64,000 nt of DNA from Octopus sinensis (taxonomy: Eukaryota), in assembly GCF_006345805.1 (NCBI RefSeq), contig NC_043022.1, forward strand, positions 5,580,001 to 5,644,000, given 5' to 3'. Below the pieces are notes generated by a model. It was not told where the DNA came from and did not search any database. It saw only the letters and a list, made by a program, of their open reading frames with translations. The position numbers and the translations under genes were made by a program. Shown piece after piece: positions 38,735 to 52,076 of the stretch; the stretch's first letter is position 1; each line of letters opens with the position of its first letter.

Positions 38735-39121
38735 TATTCTTTTATTTGTTTCAGTCATTTGACAGTGGCCATGCTGGAGCATCACCTTTAGTCAAACAAA
38801 CTGACCCCAGGACTTATTCTTTGTAAGCCTAGTACTTATTCTATTGGTCTCTTTCCCCGAACTGATAATTTTCAGGGACGTAAACACACCAACAGCAGTT
38901 GTCAAATGATGGTGGGATGACAAACACAGACACACAAACACTCACACACACATATATATATATATATACGATGGGCTTCTTTCAGTTTCCGTCTAACAAA
39001 TCCACTCACGAGGCTTTGGTCGACCCAAGGCTATAGTAGAAGATACTTGCCCAAGTGAGACTGAACCCAGGACCATGTGATTAGGAAGCAAGCTTCTTAC
39101 CACACAGCCACTCCTGCACCT
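38735..39121 (-). mobile_element. SINE family A
   Basis: Tail, core and head recognisable. Further copies or fragments at ~5260-5590, 6025-6165, 7385-7550, 25705-26345, 45893-46303 (-), 51899-52345 (+). Confidence 0.85.
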
Positions 39122-39472
39122 GTCTCTCTATATAAATATGTATATATAGATGTGTATCACTAATTTTGTGTGTGTGCATGTGTGTGCCAAACATATTCTC
39201 ATGTATATACAGACCCAATTATACATGTACGCGCACACAGACACACACACATTTTTATAGACTTGGTAACACATGTGTGCTTGTCTTTGAGTATGTGTGC
39301 GCTTATATGTGTGTGCATGCCTGGGTATGCATGTATGTGCATGTGTGTGTGTGTGTGTGTGTGTTGCATGTGCTTGTATGTGTTTGTGTGCCTCTGTGCG
39401 TATGTGTGTGTGTGTGCATGCTTGTATGTGTTTGTGTGCTTCTATATGTATGTACTTGTGCCTGTGTGTGCT

Positions 39473-39505
<33 letters not shown>

Positions 39506-40359
39506 TAACATATATGTATGTGTATGTGTGTGGTGTGTGTGTGTGTGTGTGTGTGTGTGCATGAAAGTGAACATGTCTGAATGACTGTTTCAATATACGT
39601 AAGGCATAAAAAAACCGAAGGGGCCATGCCCAGGCTTGTGCTAAGTGATGCAGATATCAGACGGTCAACCCTGATGGACAGAGCCTCTCCACACCCCCAC
39701 GCCCCACCCCACCCCACTCTGTTTTCTAAACTCACAATATGAAACCAGGTACGCTGCTGACCTGTGAATAAACGACTGGTAAGTTTCTACTAAACATTTT
39801 CTCCAAGATGTTAATGGTCCTGCCAGCAGTCTTGAGAATCCTTTCTTCTAAAGGCACAAGGCCTGAAGTTCTAAGGGAGGGGCTAAGTCATTTACACCGA
39901 CCCCAGTCTTTCACTGGTTCTCATTTTACCGACCCAGAAAGGATGAAAGGCAAAGTCGACCTCAGCAGAATTTGAACTCAGAACGTAGGGACAGATAAAA
40001 TCCTGCTAAGCATTTTGTCTGGCATGCTAACAATTCTGCCAACTTGTCACCTTCAGCTATTTCAATAATAATTCTTTCTGCTCAAGGCACAAAGCCTGAA
40101 AATTGGAGTGGGCCGACGGCAGGGGTTTGCCGATTATATCAACCCTAATGCATAATTGCCACTTAATACACTGACCCCAGAATGTAAAGATAGCAAATTT
40201 CTCTGAAGGAATTGGGCCAATCAAGGCTGAATGTAAAAAGACATTGGCCCAATGTCATGAAGTAGGATTGAACTCAGATCAGCAACATTTCAAGACTATC
40301 TTCAGAACCACACAATTATGCATGCACTTTTAATTAATTGATTAAATTACCAAAATAAT

Positions 40360-40544
40360 GTGTCTTGGGAGGGTCATTATGCCAATAATAATAAACACAT
40401 GCACTGGTTCGCAATCACTTCTTTATTGTTAGTCGGTCGGCTAATTGGTTGGTTGGTTGGTTTATAAAGGAGTAACAATAAAGAAGTGATATTGAATCAG
40501 TGCATGTACTTATTATTATTGATGCAATGACCCTCCCAAGACAC
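40360..40544. repeat. Inverted repeat with ~70-bp arms (MITE or foldback)
   Basis: GTGTCTTGGGAGGGTCATT...ATCACTTCTTTATTGTTA versus TAACAATAAAGAAGTGAT...AATGACCCTCCCAAGACAC. Confidence 0.8.
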
Positions 40545-41356
40545 CGACAATACACGAATTCACTTCAAGAATCTTGCAAACCAAATGCAAAACTGAAATT
40601 ACCAAAATACATGTCAGCCTTCTCTTACTTTCTATATACTTACACCATAGAGACCAGAAGAACACATTTGAAAGTGACTGGCGCTACCAATGTCTTTGAG
40701 AAAGTTACCTTCTCAGAATATGTATTCATGGAGAATGTTTCCTTGGGTATTTTGGAATGAAACTATTATACAGATGAGAAGAATAAACCATATTTTTGCA
40801 TTGTTCTATTTACCCCAACTAAGCTAAGGACTACAAACCTTTTTTTTTTTTTTTACATTTTATGAAGAATACCAGAGTTATCAGTTAGAGCCTACTTGAA
40901 ATTGCTTTGTCTTCCCACCCCTCCCTTGCCAATTCTTGTCTCTCTTGGTTCTCTCCCTCCTTCTCCCCTTCCCCCTCTTTCTCCCCTCCCCCTCTCTCTC
41001 CCTTACACAGGCCTCTCAAAGTTCTTGACATTCAATTCATATCTTACAATGAAGAACACACATAATTGGCATTAAATACCGTTTTCAGTCACTGCCTCTC
41101 CAGTGCATGGCAGCAAAGCACAAATCCAAAGTATTTATAATTAATATTCCACCCGTCTCTATGCTAGTAAGAAATCTGTTTTAGGAAAACACAGATAAAT
41201 TTGATGGGATTGTACTAGAAGTGGCGTCAGTCAGAATTGAACTTACAATGCTTGGCTGTTGTTTCTCTGAAACTAGTCTGCCTGTTAAAATTAAAGCAAG
41301 TTTAATTACTTTACTAATGAGATAAAGTTTGTTAAGATAAGTAGTTGAGACCATTA

Positions 41357-41741
41357 TCTCTCTCTATATAAACGACAGTTTGTCTGTCTGCGTGTCTGTG
41401 TGTCTGTTAGGTTGTACCCTCACCCTGACCACGGCTTTCAACCGATTCTGATGAAACTTGACACACACATAGCCCAATGTCATAATTCAAAACTAACGCA
41501 GCGAAAATTTTGAAAAGTTCCCCCAGTTCTGAAAAAAATCGATAAATTCGACATGGGGTCGAGAATCAGAAACACAAATCACAGACTGTTTAGGGGACGC
41601 AACTCGACCTTTTTAACTCTCAAAAAATTTTTTACCATCATTTTTCCCCCATTTTTTGCTATCTTTTGGACTATAACTCACTAAAAATGCTTTATAGTTA
41701 TTTCCCTTACAAACCCGAGCAAGGCCGGGCGATACTGCTAG
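41357..41741 (+). mobile_element. Non-autonomous Helitron, complete
   Basis: A^TC...CCCGAGCAAGGCCGGG...CTGCTAG^T; 3' ~120 bp shared with 31152-31561 but a different 5' body. Confidence 0.85.
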
Positions 41742-41755
41742 TTAAATCTAAAGTA

Positions 41756-42018
41756 CAGTGTGTTCAAAAACTTTCTCCGCAGTAAGTATTTTATTGCCCA
41801 ATAAATATTTAAAAGATGGTATAAGACTACAAAAGAATCTATTAGACTTTACAAGACTTTAAAAAAAACTTTCTAAGAGGTGTTGAAAGTGTCGCCCTTT
41901 ATTTTCAATACCCAAGTTGACTCTTCTACACATGTTTTGAAATATATGTTGGAGACTCTGACTCAGTAGAGTTAGGATGAAAAAAAATTCACTGCGGAGA
42001 GACTTTTTGAACCGCCTA
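41756..42018. mobile_element. Tc1/mariner MITE
   Basis: CAGTGTGTTCAAAAACTTTCTCCGCAGT and ACTGCGGAGAGACTTTTTGAACCGCCTA, flanked by TA. Confidence 0.75.
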
Positions 42019-42443
42019 TATTTCATTGCTGTTGACGAAGAGACAGATTCCAGAGATAATTATAAAGAAAGGAAAAGGTAACGATTGGAAACTTAGATTT
42101 AATTAGACGGCTTTTATTTTCTCTCTTGAACTTGTTTCAGTCACTGGACTGCGGCCATGCTGGAGCACCATTTGAAGGGTTTAGTGAAACAAATTGAGCC
42201 ATGTACTTGTTTTTCAAAACTTAGTACTCATTCTATTGGTCACTTTTGCCAAACTGCTAAGTCATGGGGATGTAGATATACCAACACCAGTTGTCAAGCT
42301 GTGCTGGAATCCACACACACACACACAGATACATACATATATGTATATACATATAGCATTAATTGAAACAGCTGTAAGGGATGATGATTGATTTGTTGTT
42401 AATAAAAAAACAATTAACTTCCCAATCTCCATTTTCCTTTTCT

Positions 42444-42474
<31 letters not shown>

Positions 42475-44558
42475 CTAGCTGAAGGTGACCCGCTCTACGC
42501 GCGGGTAAGAGTGTGGTTGTTACTTTCTGTTGCTTCCTTTCAGCACGTAAAAAGCACCATCTGAACGTGGCGGATTGCAGCGCGCCTTGACTGGCTTCTG
42601 TGCTGGTGGCACGTAAAAAGCACCAACCGATCGTGGCCGTTGCCAGCCCCCCTGGCACCTGTGCAGGCGGCACGAAAAAAGCACCCACTACGCTCACAGA
42701 GTGGTTGGCGTTAGGAAGGGCATCCACCTGTCGAAACACTGCCAGATCAGACTGGAGCCTGGTGCAGCCTCCTGGCTTCACAGACCCCTGTCAAACTGTC
42801 CACCCGTGCTAGCACGGAAAACGGACGTTTAAAAGATGATGATGATGATGATGATTCTCCCTCTTTGGTTCTTTTCTCCTTTCTCTCTCACTTCCCACTC
42901 TCTTACTCTTCCTTTTCTCGGACTCTCCCTCGCTTTCTCTTACTCTCTATCTTTATGTATCTTCTCTCATTTATAAACAACAAAAGATCTTGAGTAAGTT
43001 GAGAAATAAAATATTTAGAAAGATCAATCATAAAATCAGGCAGTTACAAAGGAAAGGTCTGCTTCAAGACAGACAGCAAAACACTAACATTTAAAAGGGA
43101 CAGACGAACTTGCGAGCTGAATAAAAATAATAAAATATTGGAAACCAAGTTTGAAGGGATAGAATTTGAGGATAGTAGAGTCACCATGGCTGGCATTTCT
43201 TAACGACGGACAGCAACGTATTGACAGTTCAACGGCTGGCGTAAAATTTTGAACTTGATGTAAAAGAAAGAAATCCCTAAAAACCAAGTTTTGACTTGAT
43301 TCTTTCTCACGACAGTAGACTCACGATGGCAAGCATTCAAAACTTCTTCATCATGGACGGCAACACATTGACGATTAAAGCTGGAGCAAATTTTTAGCTT
43401 GATGTAACAGAGAATTGCTAAACACCCGCTCCTTAAATTTTAATCCCCTTCCAGCCCCATTTATACCCCTTTTCACCTTTTGGTTAATATAACCGATTTC
43501 ATTTGGGTCTACTGGGGCCACATTTTATAAGATGAGGACTCACCAAGTTTCCCACGTTCTGGTCATAGACCATAGAACACTCAACCAAGTTTCCCGATTT
43601 CTGGTCATAGACCATAGAACAGTCAAGCAAGTTTCCCGAGTTCTGGTCATAGACCATAGAACACTCAACCAAGTCCCGAGTTTGGTCATAGACCATAGAA
43701 CACTAAACAAGTTTCCCGAGTTCTGGTCATTTGCAGAATAAATAGAGACGGCGGAGGTGGCAGACGTCGTTGCAATGTAAACATGATTGTTATAAGAGAA
43801 AGATTGTCCAGATTGTGTTTTGGTGGTGGCGATGATATTTATCATTAGGAAAAAGAGTGAGTGAGTGAGGAAGACATAACATAAGTTGTGGCGATGATAA
43901 TTGTAGACCTTTTCACATTTTGAGGAAGAGAACCCGATTTCATTCGGGTGTGTACTGGGGCCACATATAGGTGTGTGTGTGTGTGTGTGTGTGCACGTGT
44001 GTTGTAGAAATTAAATTAGAGATAAAACCACTAATAGGGAAATGAAACAGTAAAAAAACAAAAACAAAAACATAAAAATAAAAAAATATAATATTAGATA
44101 TATGTATATATATGTGTGTGTGTGTGTGTGTTGACCGGTAGACAATAGAATGCGATGGCGATGGGGATGGCGATGTAATATTGTTACTGTCCATGAACGC
44201 TGAGAGATACATGAGTAGTAAAATGTATAGGAAGGTAAGAGATAGAGTGAGTGAAAATGTTCTTGGAAGAGAGTAAATAGCGACAGGAGTGAGATTTGAG
44301 GAAGACTTTACATTAAAGAGCGGTTGTAGTTGTATTGTCAATGAAGAGGAGTGACAGAGTACTGGAGGAAATAGGGTGAGGTAGGAGGAAGATGGCCCCT
44401 AGCAACCACACCTTTAAGATAGGGATTTGTAAGGTAGCCGACGCGCATCGTCACCTCATTCTACATGTCCCTGTAAATTTTGGAGCGAATGGACGGGATG
44501 TAGTGGCATTGAAAGCGAACCAAGCGGTAAAAACGCATTTCAGTTTTATATATAGAGA
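42475..44558 (-). mobile_element. ~2.1-kb non-autonomous Helitron with internal repeats and a nested SINE F
   Basis: Minus-strand 5' end A^TCTCTATATATAAAACTG at 44558; 3' end ACCCGC..GCGGGT hairpin then GCTAG^T at 42475. Confidence 0.65.
43544..43730. repeat. 42-bp minisatellite, about 4.5 units
   Basis: CAAGTTTCCCGAGTTCTGGTCATAGACCATAGAACACTCAAC; units start at 43544, 43586 and 43628, then a shortened fourth and a partial fifth. Confidence 0.95.
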
Positions 44559-44730
44559 TATATATATATATACATACACACACACACACACACATGATGG
44601 GCTTTATTCAGTTTCCACTCACTAAGTAATAGCAGTAGCAGACACTTGCCCAAGGTGCCATGCATTGGACCTGAACCCAGGATCATAAGGTTGACAAGCA
44701 ACATTCTTACCAGACAGCAGCACCTGCAAC

Positions 44731-44762
<32 letters not shown>

Positions 44763-45039
44763 TGCGTGTGTGTGTCTTTGACTTGAAATTGTGTGTGGGT
44801 ACCACTGTTGTTTGAATAATGTCCTTCATTTCCAATCTCCCATAGTAACATATCCTACCAAAAATTCCTTGCTTGGAAACAGACGAAGATTGATGACAGG
44901 AAAGGCAATCTAGGCATGGAAAAATCTACCTCGACAAATTCTGTACGACCCATGGAATCATGGAAAAATGCATGTTAAAAAACAATGAGGTTATTTATAT
45001 ATATATATATATATATAGGTAAACAGTAAAAATATTACA

Positions 45040-45400
45040 GACATGGACAAGACATGAAACACCACGAGACGACACATAACCACAGGCCGGGACATTCGAA
45101 GCCTCAGTCATCAGTCAAGAACCAGATCATCTTAGCAATTTCGTCTGATTAATCTTGAGATTGCTCCGATATGGCCAGCCCGCCAAGGAAATCTAAGCCA
45201 AGCGCATTAGATCCCCTGGAAGAAAGCTTCGAATGTATACAACACGAGGACGGAAAACGAACGAAGTACACGAACAAATACAGAATACTGACACCATAAG
45301 AAACACAAAACGTAAAAACAATAACGGTAAAAAATAAAAAATAAACAACAAACCAAAACCAGGAGTAGGACAAGGGTCTTTCGACAGGACGAGTTGAGTA
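45040..45400 (-). repeat. Unclassified interspersed repeat, copy 2
   Basis: Homologous to 5630-5945 in the opposite orientation. Confidence 0.7.
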
Positions 45401-45846
45401 TGGGGCTGCTTGTGATTTGTGGCCAATGGCCGCGGGGAGACGAACAAATACGTGTTGCTTCTGCGACTGCTGAAACGAAAAGAGCGTCAACAGCGGCTAG
45501 CGGTCACGTGAGAACAAAGCACGAGAAAGGGACAGATGAAGAGAGAGAAGGTGGACGAGGGAGGAGAAGAAAGAGACAGATCGGGGGGCTGGAGTGAGAG
45601 AGATAGAGAAACGTAGAAGGGGGGGGAGACGGATGGAGAGGGAAAGAAAGGAAGGGGAATAAGGGAGGAGAGAGAGAGAGAAAGAGACAGATTAAGAGTC
45701 GTATCAATGCTAGAGAAAAAATATACTTAATATATATATATATATATATATATATTAGTCTCACTATGCCCAAGCAAAATATTAAAATATCTATCTATCT
45801 ATCTATATATAGATATACACACACATACACATATACATATATGTGC

Positions 45847-45880
<34 letters not shown>

Positions 45881-46090
45881 GTGTGTGTATTTTATTCTTT
45901 TATTTGTTTCAGTCATTTGACTGTGGCCATGCTGGAGCACCACCTTTAGTCGCACAAATCAACCGAAGACTTATCGTTTGAAAGCCTAGTCCTTATTCTA
46001 TTGGTCTCTTTTGCCAAACTTCTAAGTTACGGAGATGTAAACATACCAACATCGGTTGTCAAGCGATGGTGGGGGGACAAGCACAGACAG

Positions 46091-46147
<57 letters not shown>

Positions 46148-46307
46148 CGGGCTTCTTTCAGTTTCTGCCAACCAAATCCACTCAAAAGGCTTTGGTCGGC
46201 CTGAGGCTATAGTAGAAGACACTTGCCCAAGGTGCCACACAGTAGGACTGAACTCAGAACCATGTGGTTGGCAAGCAAACTACTTACCACACAGCCATTG
46301 CCGGGAC

Positions 46308-46355
<48 letters not shown>

Positions 46356-47316
46356 CATATATATATATATATATACACATACACATACATACATACATAC
46401 ATACATACATACATACATACATGTATACACGTGTGTGTGTGTGTGAGAAATTATGATAAACACTATACATGCATCTATGCACACATACACACACAACAAA
46501 ACTTCAATCAAATTGAATCCCTATCATCTTGAAAAAGTAAAGGGCCAATTGGATAATGTAATCTTAGACGTGCCCCTAAAAAGATGGAATAGTCGTGGCT
46601 GGAATGCTTTTAATCTTAAGTCAGCTCAATCAGAATCGATCTGGGGGACTAAACAACAACAACAAGAACACAATCAAATGCACAGATACTTTACCAGCAC
46701 AGACTTGGTGAAGAAGACGAAAACCTTTACCAAACGACATTCCCTCTCCCCCAGCACCACCCTTCCATTTGAAACAAATGGGGGTCCTGGTATGAAGAAA
46801 TCACCTTAGATATATTCTATTATGAAGAACAAATTTGGGGGTGAGTCACTGTAGACATGAAAAGTTGAACCCAAAAAGGGTAGAGAGTGGGGTGATGAAG
46901 AATTAATAGGCTTTAGAGTGGAAGATAAGCTAGGTATGTTGTTTGGTTGATTCTGAGAGAAGATGGACCCAGTTGGGGGCCTTGTCAGTTGGTTATTATT
47001 ACTCAGGGTATTATTGTACGATTTGACAAATGGAACCATTTGGATCTAATTAGCTATGTGGATGTGTATGGGTGTGTGTATATATGGGTGTGTGCACATA
47101 GATATACTTGTGTGTATATGTCTATGCACATGCACACAAGCATGTATATGAAAGTATCTGAGTTCAGTGTGTTTTTGGTGTGTGTGTGTGTGTGTGTGAG
47201 AGAGTGGTAGAAAGAGAGAAATGTGTGTGGGGGGGAGGCAAAGATGTAGGGCAAGATGGAGCAAACCTTGAAAGAAGGGCAGAGCTAATCGGAAGAAGAA
47301 GAAAGAAACAGAACTA

Positions 47317-47329
<13 letters not shown>

Positions 47330-47393
<64 letters not shown>

Positions 47394-47421
47394 TAGGCAG
47401 AAAGGTAGGTAGGTAGGTAGG

Positions 47422-47454
<33 letters not shown>

Positions 47455-47536
47455 CGATAGATAGATAGATAGTAGATAGATAGATAATAGATAGATAGAC
47501 GATAGATAGATAGATAGATAGATAGATGAGATAGAT

Positions 47537-47567
<31 letters not shown>

Positions 47568-47642
47568 TATAGATAGATAGATGGATGGATGGAGATACAG
47601 ACAGGATACAGAGATAGATGGGGTACATAGATAGATAGCTGA

Positions 47643-47674
<32 letters not shown>

Positions 47675-47706
47675 CACAGATATACACATGCACACACACA
47701 CACCAC

Positions 47707-47743
<37 letters not shown>

Positions 47744-47830
47744 AAGAGAAACTTCTAGCAAGAGATAGAGATTAATAATAATGTGTGCGCGCATGTTGTG
47801 TGTGTGTTGTGTGTATGTGTGTGTGTGTGT
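47330..47830. repeat. (TA)/(GA)/(GATA)/(GT) compound microsatellite
   Basis: Directly visible. Confidence 0.95.
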
Positions 47831-50800
47831 GTGCGTGTGTGCGTGCGGGTATGAGTTCTTCAGTTCTTCACAGCAGAACAAAGCAACTAATGAGAATGTC
47901 AAGTCAATTAGAGGTAGCCTGAAGAAGGGAGAGAAAGGTGGATGGATAATGAAAGAGAGAGAGAGAGAGAGAGAGAAAGAAGGTAAGAGGGGCCGGGGCG
48001 GGGGGGTAGGGGGTAGTGAGTTTTCAAAGTTGCTTTGAACTGAAAGAATGAAAAAAAGAGAAAAAAAGGTAAACAACAGAAGAAGCAGGTATGTCTTCAT
48101 TATTTTCCCTGCTGCATTCTAATTAGTTTAATGTGGAAGTTATTTATTTATAGACCAGAATTAAATAAATATAATTATATAAATAAACGAATAACACTGT
48201 TATTGGTCCGTTAAGGACGGAATGTGGTCAGCGGCTGAACTGTAAGGGCAGCACAGAGAAATAAATACCTCATGGTGTTTGCTTTAGTCTTGGGGAAATC
48301 ATCATCATCATCATCATTTAGAGTCCGTTTTCCATGCCAGCATGGGTTGGACGGTTCTACTGGGGTCTGTGAAGCCAGAAGGCTGCACCAGGCTCCAGTC
48401 TTATCTGGCAATGTTTCTACGGCTGGATGCCCTTCCTAACGCCAACCACTCCGAGAGTGTAGTGGGTGATTTTTACGTGCCACCCGCACAGGTGCCAGAC
48501 AGAGCTGGCAAACGGCCACGAACGGATGGTGCTTTTTATGTGCCACCGGCACGAGGGCCAGGCGAGGCTAATGGTGCCGAAGTCAACTTTGGCTTTCATC
48601 CTTCTGAGAATGATGAAATAAAGGACCTGCCAAGCACTGGAGTCAATTCTGATTCTGTCCCTCTTTCGTTTTCTCTCTTTCTTAGAATCGGATGATCTCG
48701 GCCAGCTTACTATCAAATAAACTTAAAATGCCAAGTCTGGATAACAGAAGAATGGTTAAGCTAACTTGTTAATGTAAATCTTTTGCAGCTGACAACCAGA
48801 TGTGTTGGGCATGGATGGACCAATGTGCAAACACAGCACAGGGCACACTGGGGATGAAGGAAGAATTGTCAACACAATCGAAATATCCTGAAGCCAAAAA
48901 TGTGTCACAGCTGAGTTATCAGAATGAAAATGGTTGAAGAAAACTGGAATTTATTGCATGGAGGTAGAAAATGCTTCCAAGTTCCAAACAATGGCTGCAG
49001 ACTCTTAGACAAGGTGAAATGGTGATTCCAGTTGCAGTTGATGATGATGATGAGGATGATATCCAAACATGGCCAGATGTTTTAGGGAAGACGTACAACT
49101 AAATTAATCAACTGAAGAGGAAAATAAGTGTAAAATCACTAATGATGATGATGATGATGATGATGATACTAATAATATTAGTTTTCTTTTTGGTCTCAGG
49201 AAGTCCATCACACAAACCTCGCGTCCCCTTCCCCAACAAAACCAAATAAGTTCCGGGGGTGGGGGAATAGGGGTTGTGTTTGGCCAACCTAATCAACTCG
49301 CCCCCATCCCTGTGTTTATGTAAGAAACCAATATTAAAAAAAAAAAAGACTGTTCTCACAGCTGGGACAAGCCCTACATTTGTAACATTCTGGAATCTAT
49401 TAAAAAGCTGTGGCTGCTGGGTGCTAATGAAGTCTTTGAAAAGGGCCACTCAACAACTCCTTCCCTCTCTCCAACATTCATTCAACCTTATTTCAGTTAC
49501 CTTACTACAATAGTTACAATTCACTCCAATCTAAATTCCAGCCTCCACTTTGACCCTATTACCCCTACAACACCCATAGCTGATCTTAATTTCATCAAAC
49601 CCTTTTTTATTCTCTGTTACAGCAGTCACATTTCATACAATCTCACTGACTATATTCCCTCTCACCCTGCCGCTTGTATTAAACTTACCAATGTTCCCCT
49701 GCATGTCTTTTATAACGTAAGATATTAGAAGCACAAAATGCAAATGATACAGATTTCTTTGAAGCTCTTTGATTCTTTCCTGCCATCAGACGTCAGCTAG
49801 ACTATAAGGAATTCCAAAACTCAAACTCTGGAATCTGATGAAATTCTTACACTTAAAGCCCCAAAGACAGAAATAATTATTGCTCTTATTCAATTAGTCA
49901 ATAACTCATATACCACCACCAACACCACCACCACCACCACTCCACCACCAACACACCCACCACCCTACAACACACCACAATACCACCACCAACCACCAGT
50001 ACCAACCACCACCACCACCCACCCCACACAACACACCACCACCACCACCACCCCACCACCACCACACCACCACCAACACCACCACCACCACTACCACCAC
50101 CAACACCACCACACCACCACCAACCAACAACAACAACACCACCACCACCACCACTACTACCACCATCACTACCACCACCAACAACACCACCACAACCACC
50201 AACACTGTGAAGTTCCTTGAATCTTGAAACTGGGTCCAAAACAATAACAATTCTAGGTCTTCCCCGAAGTCTCATTCCAAACGCTTATCTAATTCCTTAA
50301 TTTGTGCCCAGAATTCTTTCAAAGAATATTTTTTTTCTTCCTGCCACACACACACACACACATTCTCATTTCAAACTCATCCTAATTAACCACCACATTT
50401 CAAGTGTACTACAACCCACACAACATCTATGAACTTTCACACTGCACCCCATACATGTGCCAAAACTAGTATGCTGCAACCTGTACCATATGCCTGAACT
50501 CAGTAGATGTTAAATCTGCTGAAAACAGCAGTCAAATGTCCTTCAAACCATACTGCATTTTCTTTAAAAAGTGTATTCTTGGATGTATTATACCTGAAAA
50601 TAACACAGGATGGTCATGGATGGAATGTCTTTCAGAATAATTTTACTTCATCAGGGCTGAAAGTGGTTAACCCTTTAGCATACTGATTACTCAAATGTAA
50701 TCCATATTTAATTACATTGTTTTGGATTAATCATGGATTATCTCATAACTTCAAGATTTCAATGATGTAATAGTTTATTTTTAGAATGACTTTGTAGGGT

Positions 50801-52026
50801 AGGTGTGAGAGGCTGGATCTGGCCACTCTGAACATAAAACAAGTAAAATATTTGATATACACTGATTTTACTGAGGTACGTATAATTAACATTATGAAGG
50901 TGTATGGCTTAGTGGTTTGGGCATTTGTATCACAATCACAAGGACATGAGTTCAATTCCCAGTGACATGTTGTGTCCTTGAGCAAGACACTTTATTTCAC
51001 TTTATTGCTCCAGTCTACTCATCTGACAAAAGATAATTTGTGCCTGTATTTCAAAGGGCCAGCCTTGTCACATTCTGTGTTATACTGAATCTCCTTGAGA
51101 ACTACATTAAAGGTATTCGTATCAGTGGTATACTCAGCCACTTGCATGTTAATTTCACAAGCAGGCTGCTCTGTTGATCGGATCAACTGGGACTCTTGTC
51201 GTCACAATCAATGGAGTGCCAATATCATTAACATTAACCCTTCAGCATTCACATTACTCTGTTAAATGCTAATCCTTATCTATCCACATTGTCTTCAATA
51301 AATCCTGCATTATCTCCTAGCTTTGAGATTCCAATGAAGTGATTGTTTACTTTTAGAATGATCTGGCTGGTTGGAATAGTTAAGGGCTAAGCAACAAAAA
51401 CATGCCTCATCATAACTCAAATTCCACAACGGACCCCACCACTCACACAGACACAAAAGCATAGCCATGATCGAAAGTTAGGGGCAGCGAACATATAAAA
51501 AAAAAGGCACCATGACAATTACCAAACAATTAATAACTACCTTTATCAATTTGGACAAAACAGAACAGAAGGATACACATGGATGGAGGAGTCACTGAAG
51601 AGGTCACAAATGTGTGACGAAAGAATTCCAGACAATGGACATAAGATAAAATAAGGACAATAATAAATGAGTAAATAATGAATATATGGTGCATGGATTT
51701 TTTCACAAAAATATATTTATAACTAATTTCTCTTTAATGTTACATGAAATATTTCATTCGTTATAATACACATAATTGTATTCTACATTCGTTAATTTCG
51801 TGTTTCGGTAACAATGTCATTATGCATGGAACTTCCACAAGGCAGAGCTCCAGCATGGCCACAGTCAAATGACTGAAACAAGTAAAAGAACACTGACATA
51901 GGTGCAGGAGTGGTTGTGTGGTAAGAAGTTTACTTCCCAACCACATGGTTCTGGGTTCAGTCCCAACCAAAGCCTTGTGAGTGGGTTTGGTAGATGGAAA
52001 CTGAAAGAAGCCTGTCATACACACAC

Positions 52027-52076
<50 letters not shown>

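Noticed and set aside
44392-44545. Protein-like ORF MAPSNHTFKIG...
   Set aside because: It lies antisense over the Helitron 5' terminus, is short and has no recognisable motif.
45085-45125. CTGATGA...GAAT...GTC on the minus strand (and CTGAAGA at ~5893) as a hammerhead
   Set aside because: GAAT instead of GAAA, and no convincing stem I or stem II.
48700-49060. LKMPSLDNRR as a CR1/L2 RT C-terminus; likewise LWNIL...FK at ~10760-10870 (minus)
   Set aside because: Single short motifs in heavily decayed sequence; not enough to annotate without a search.
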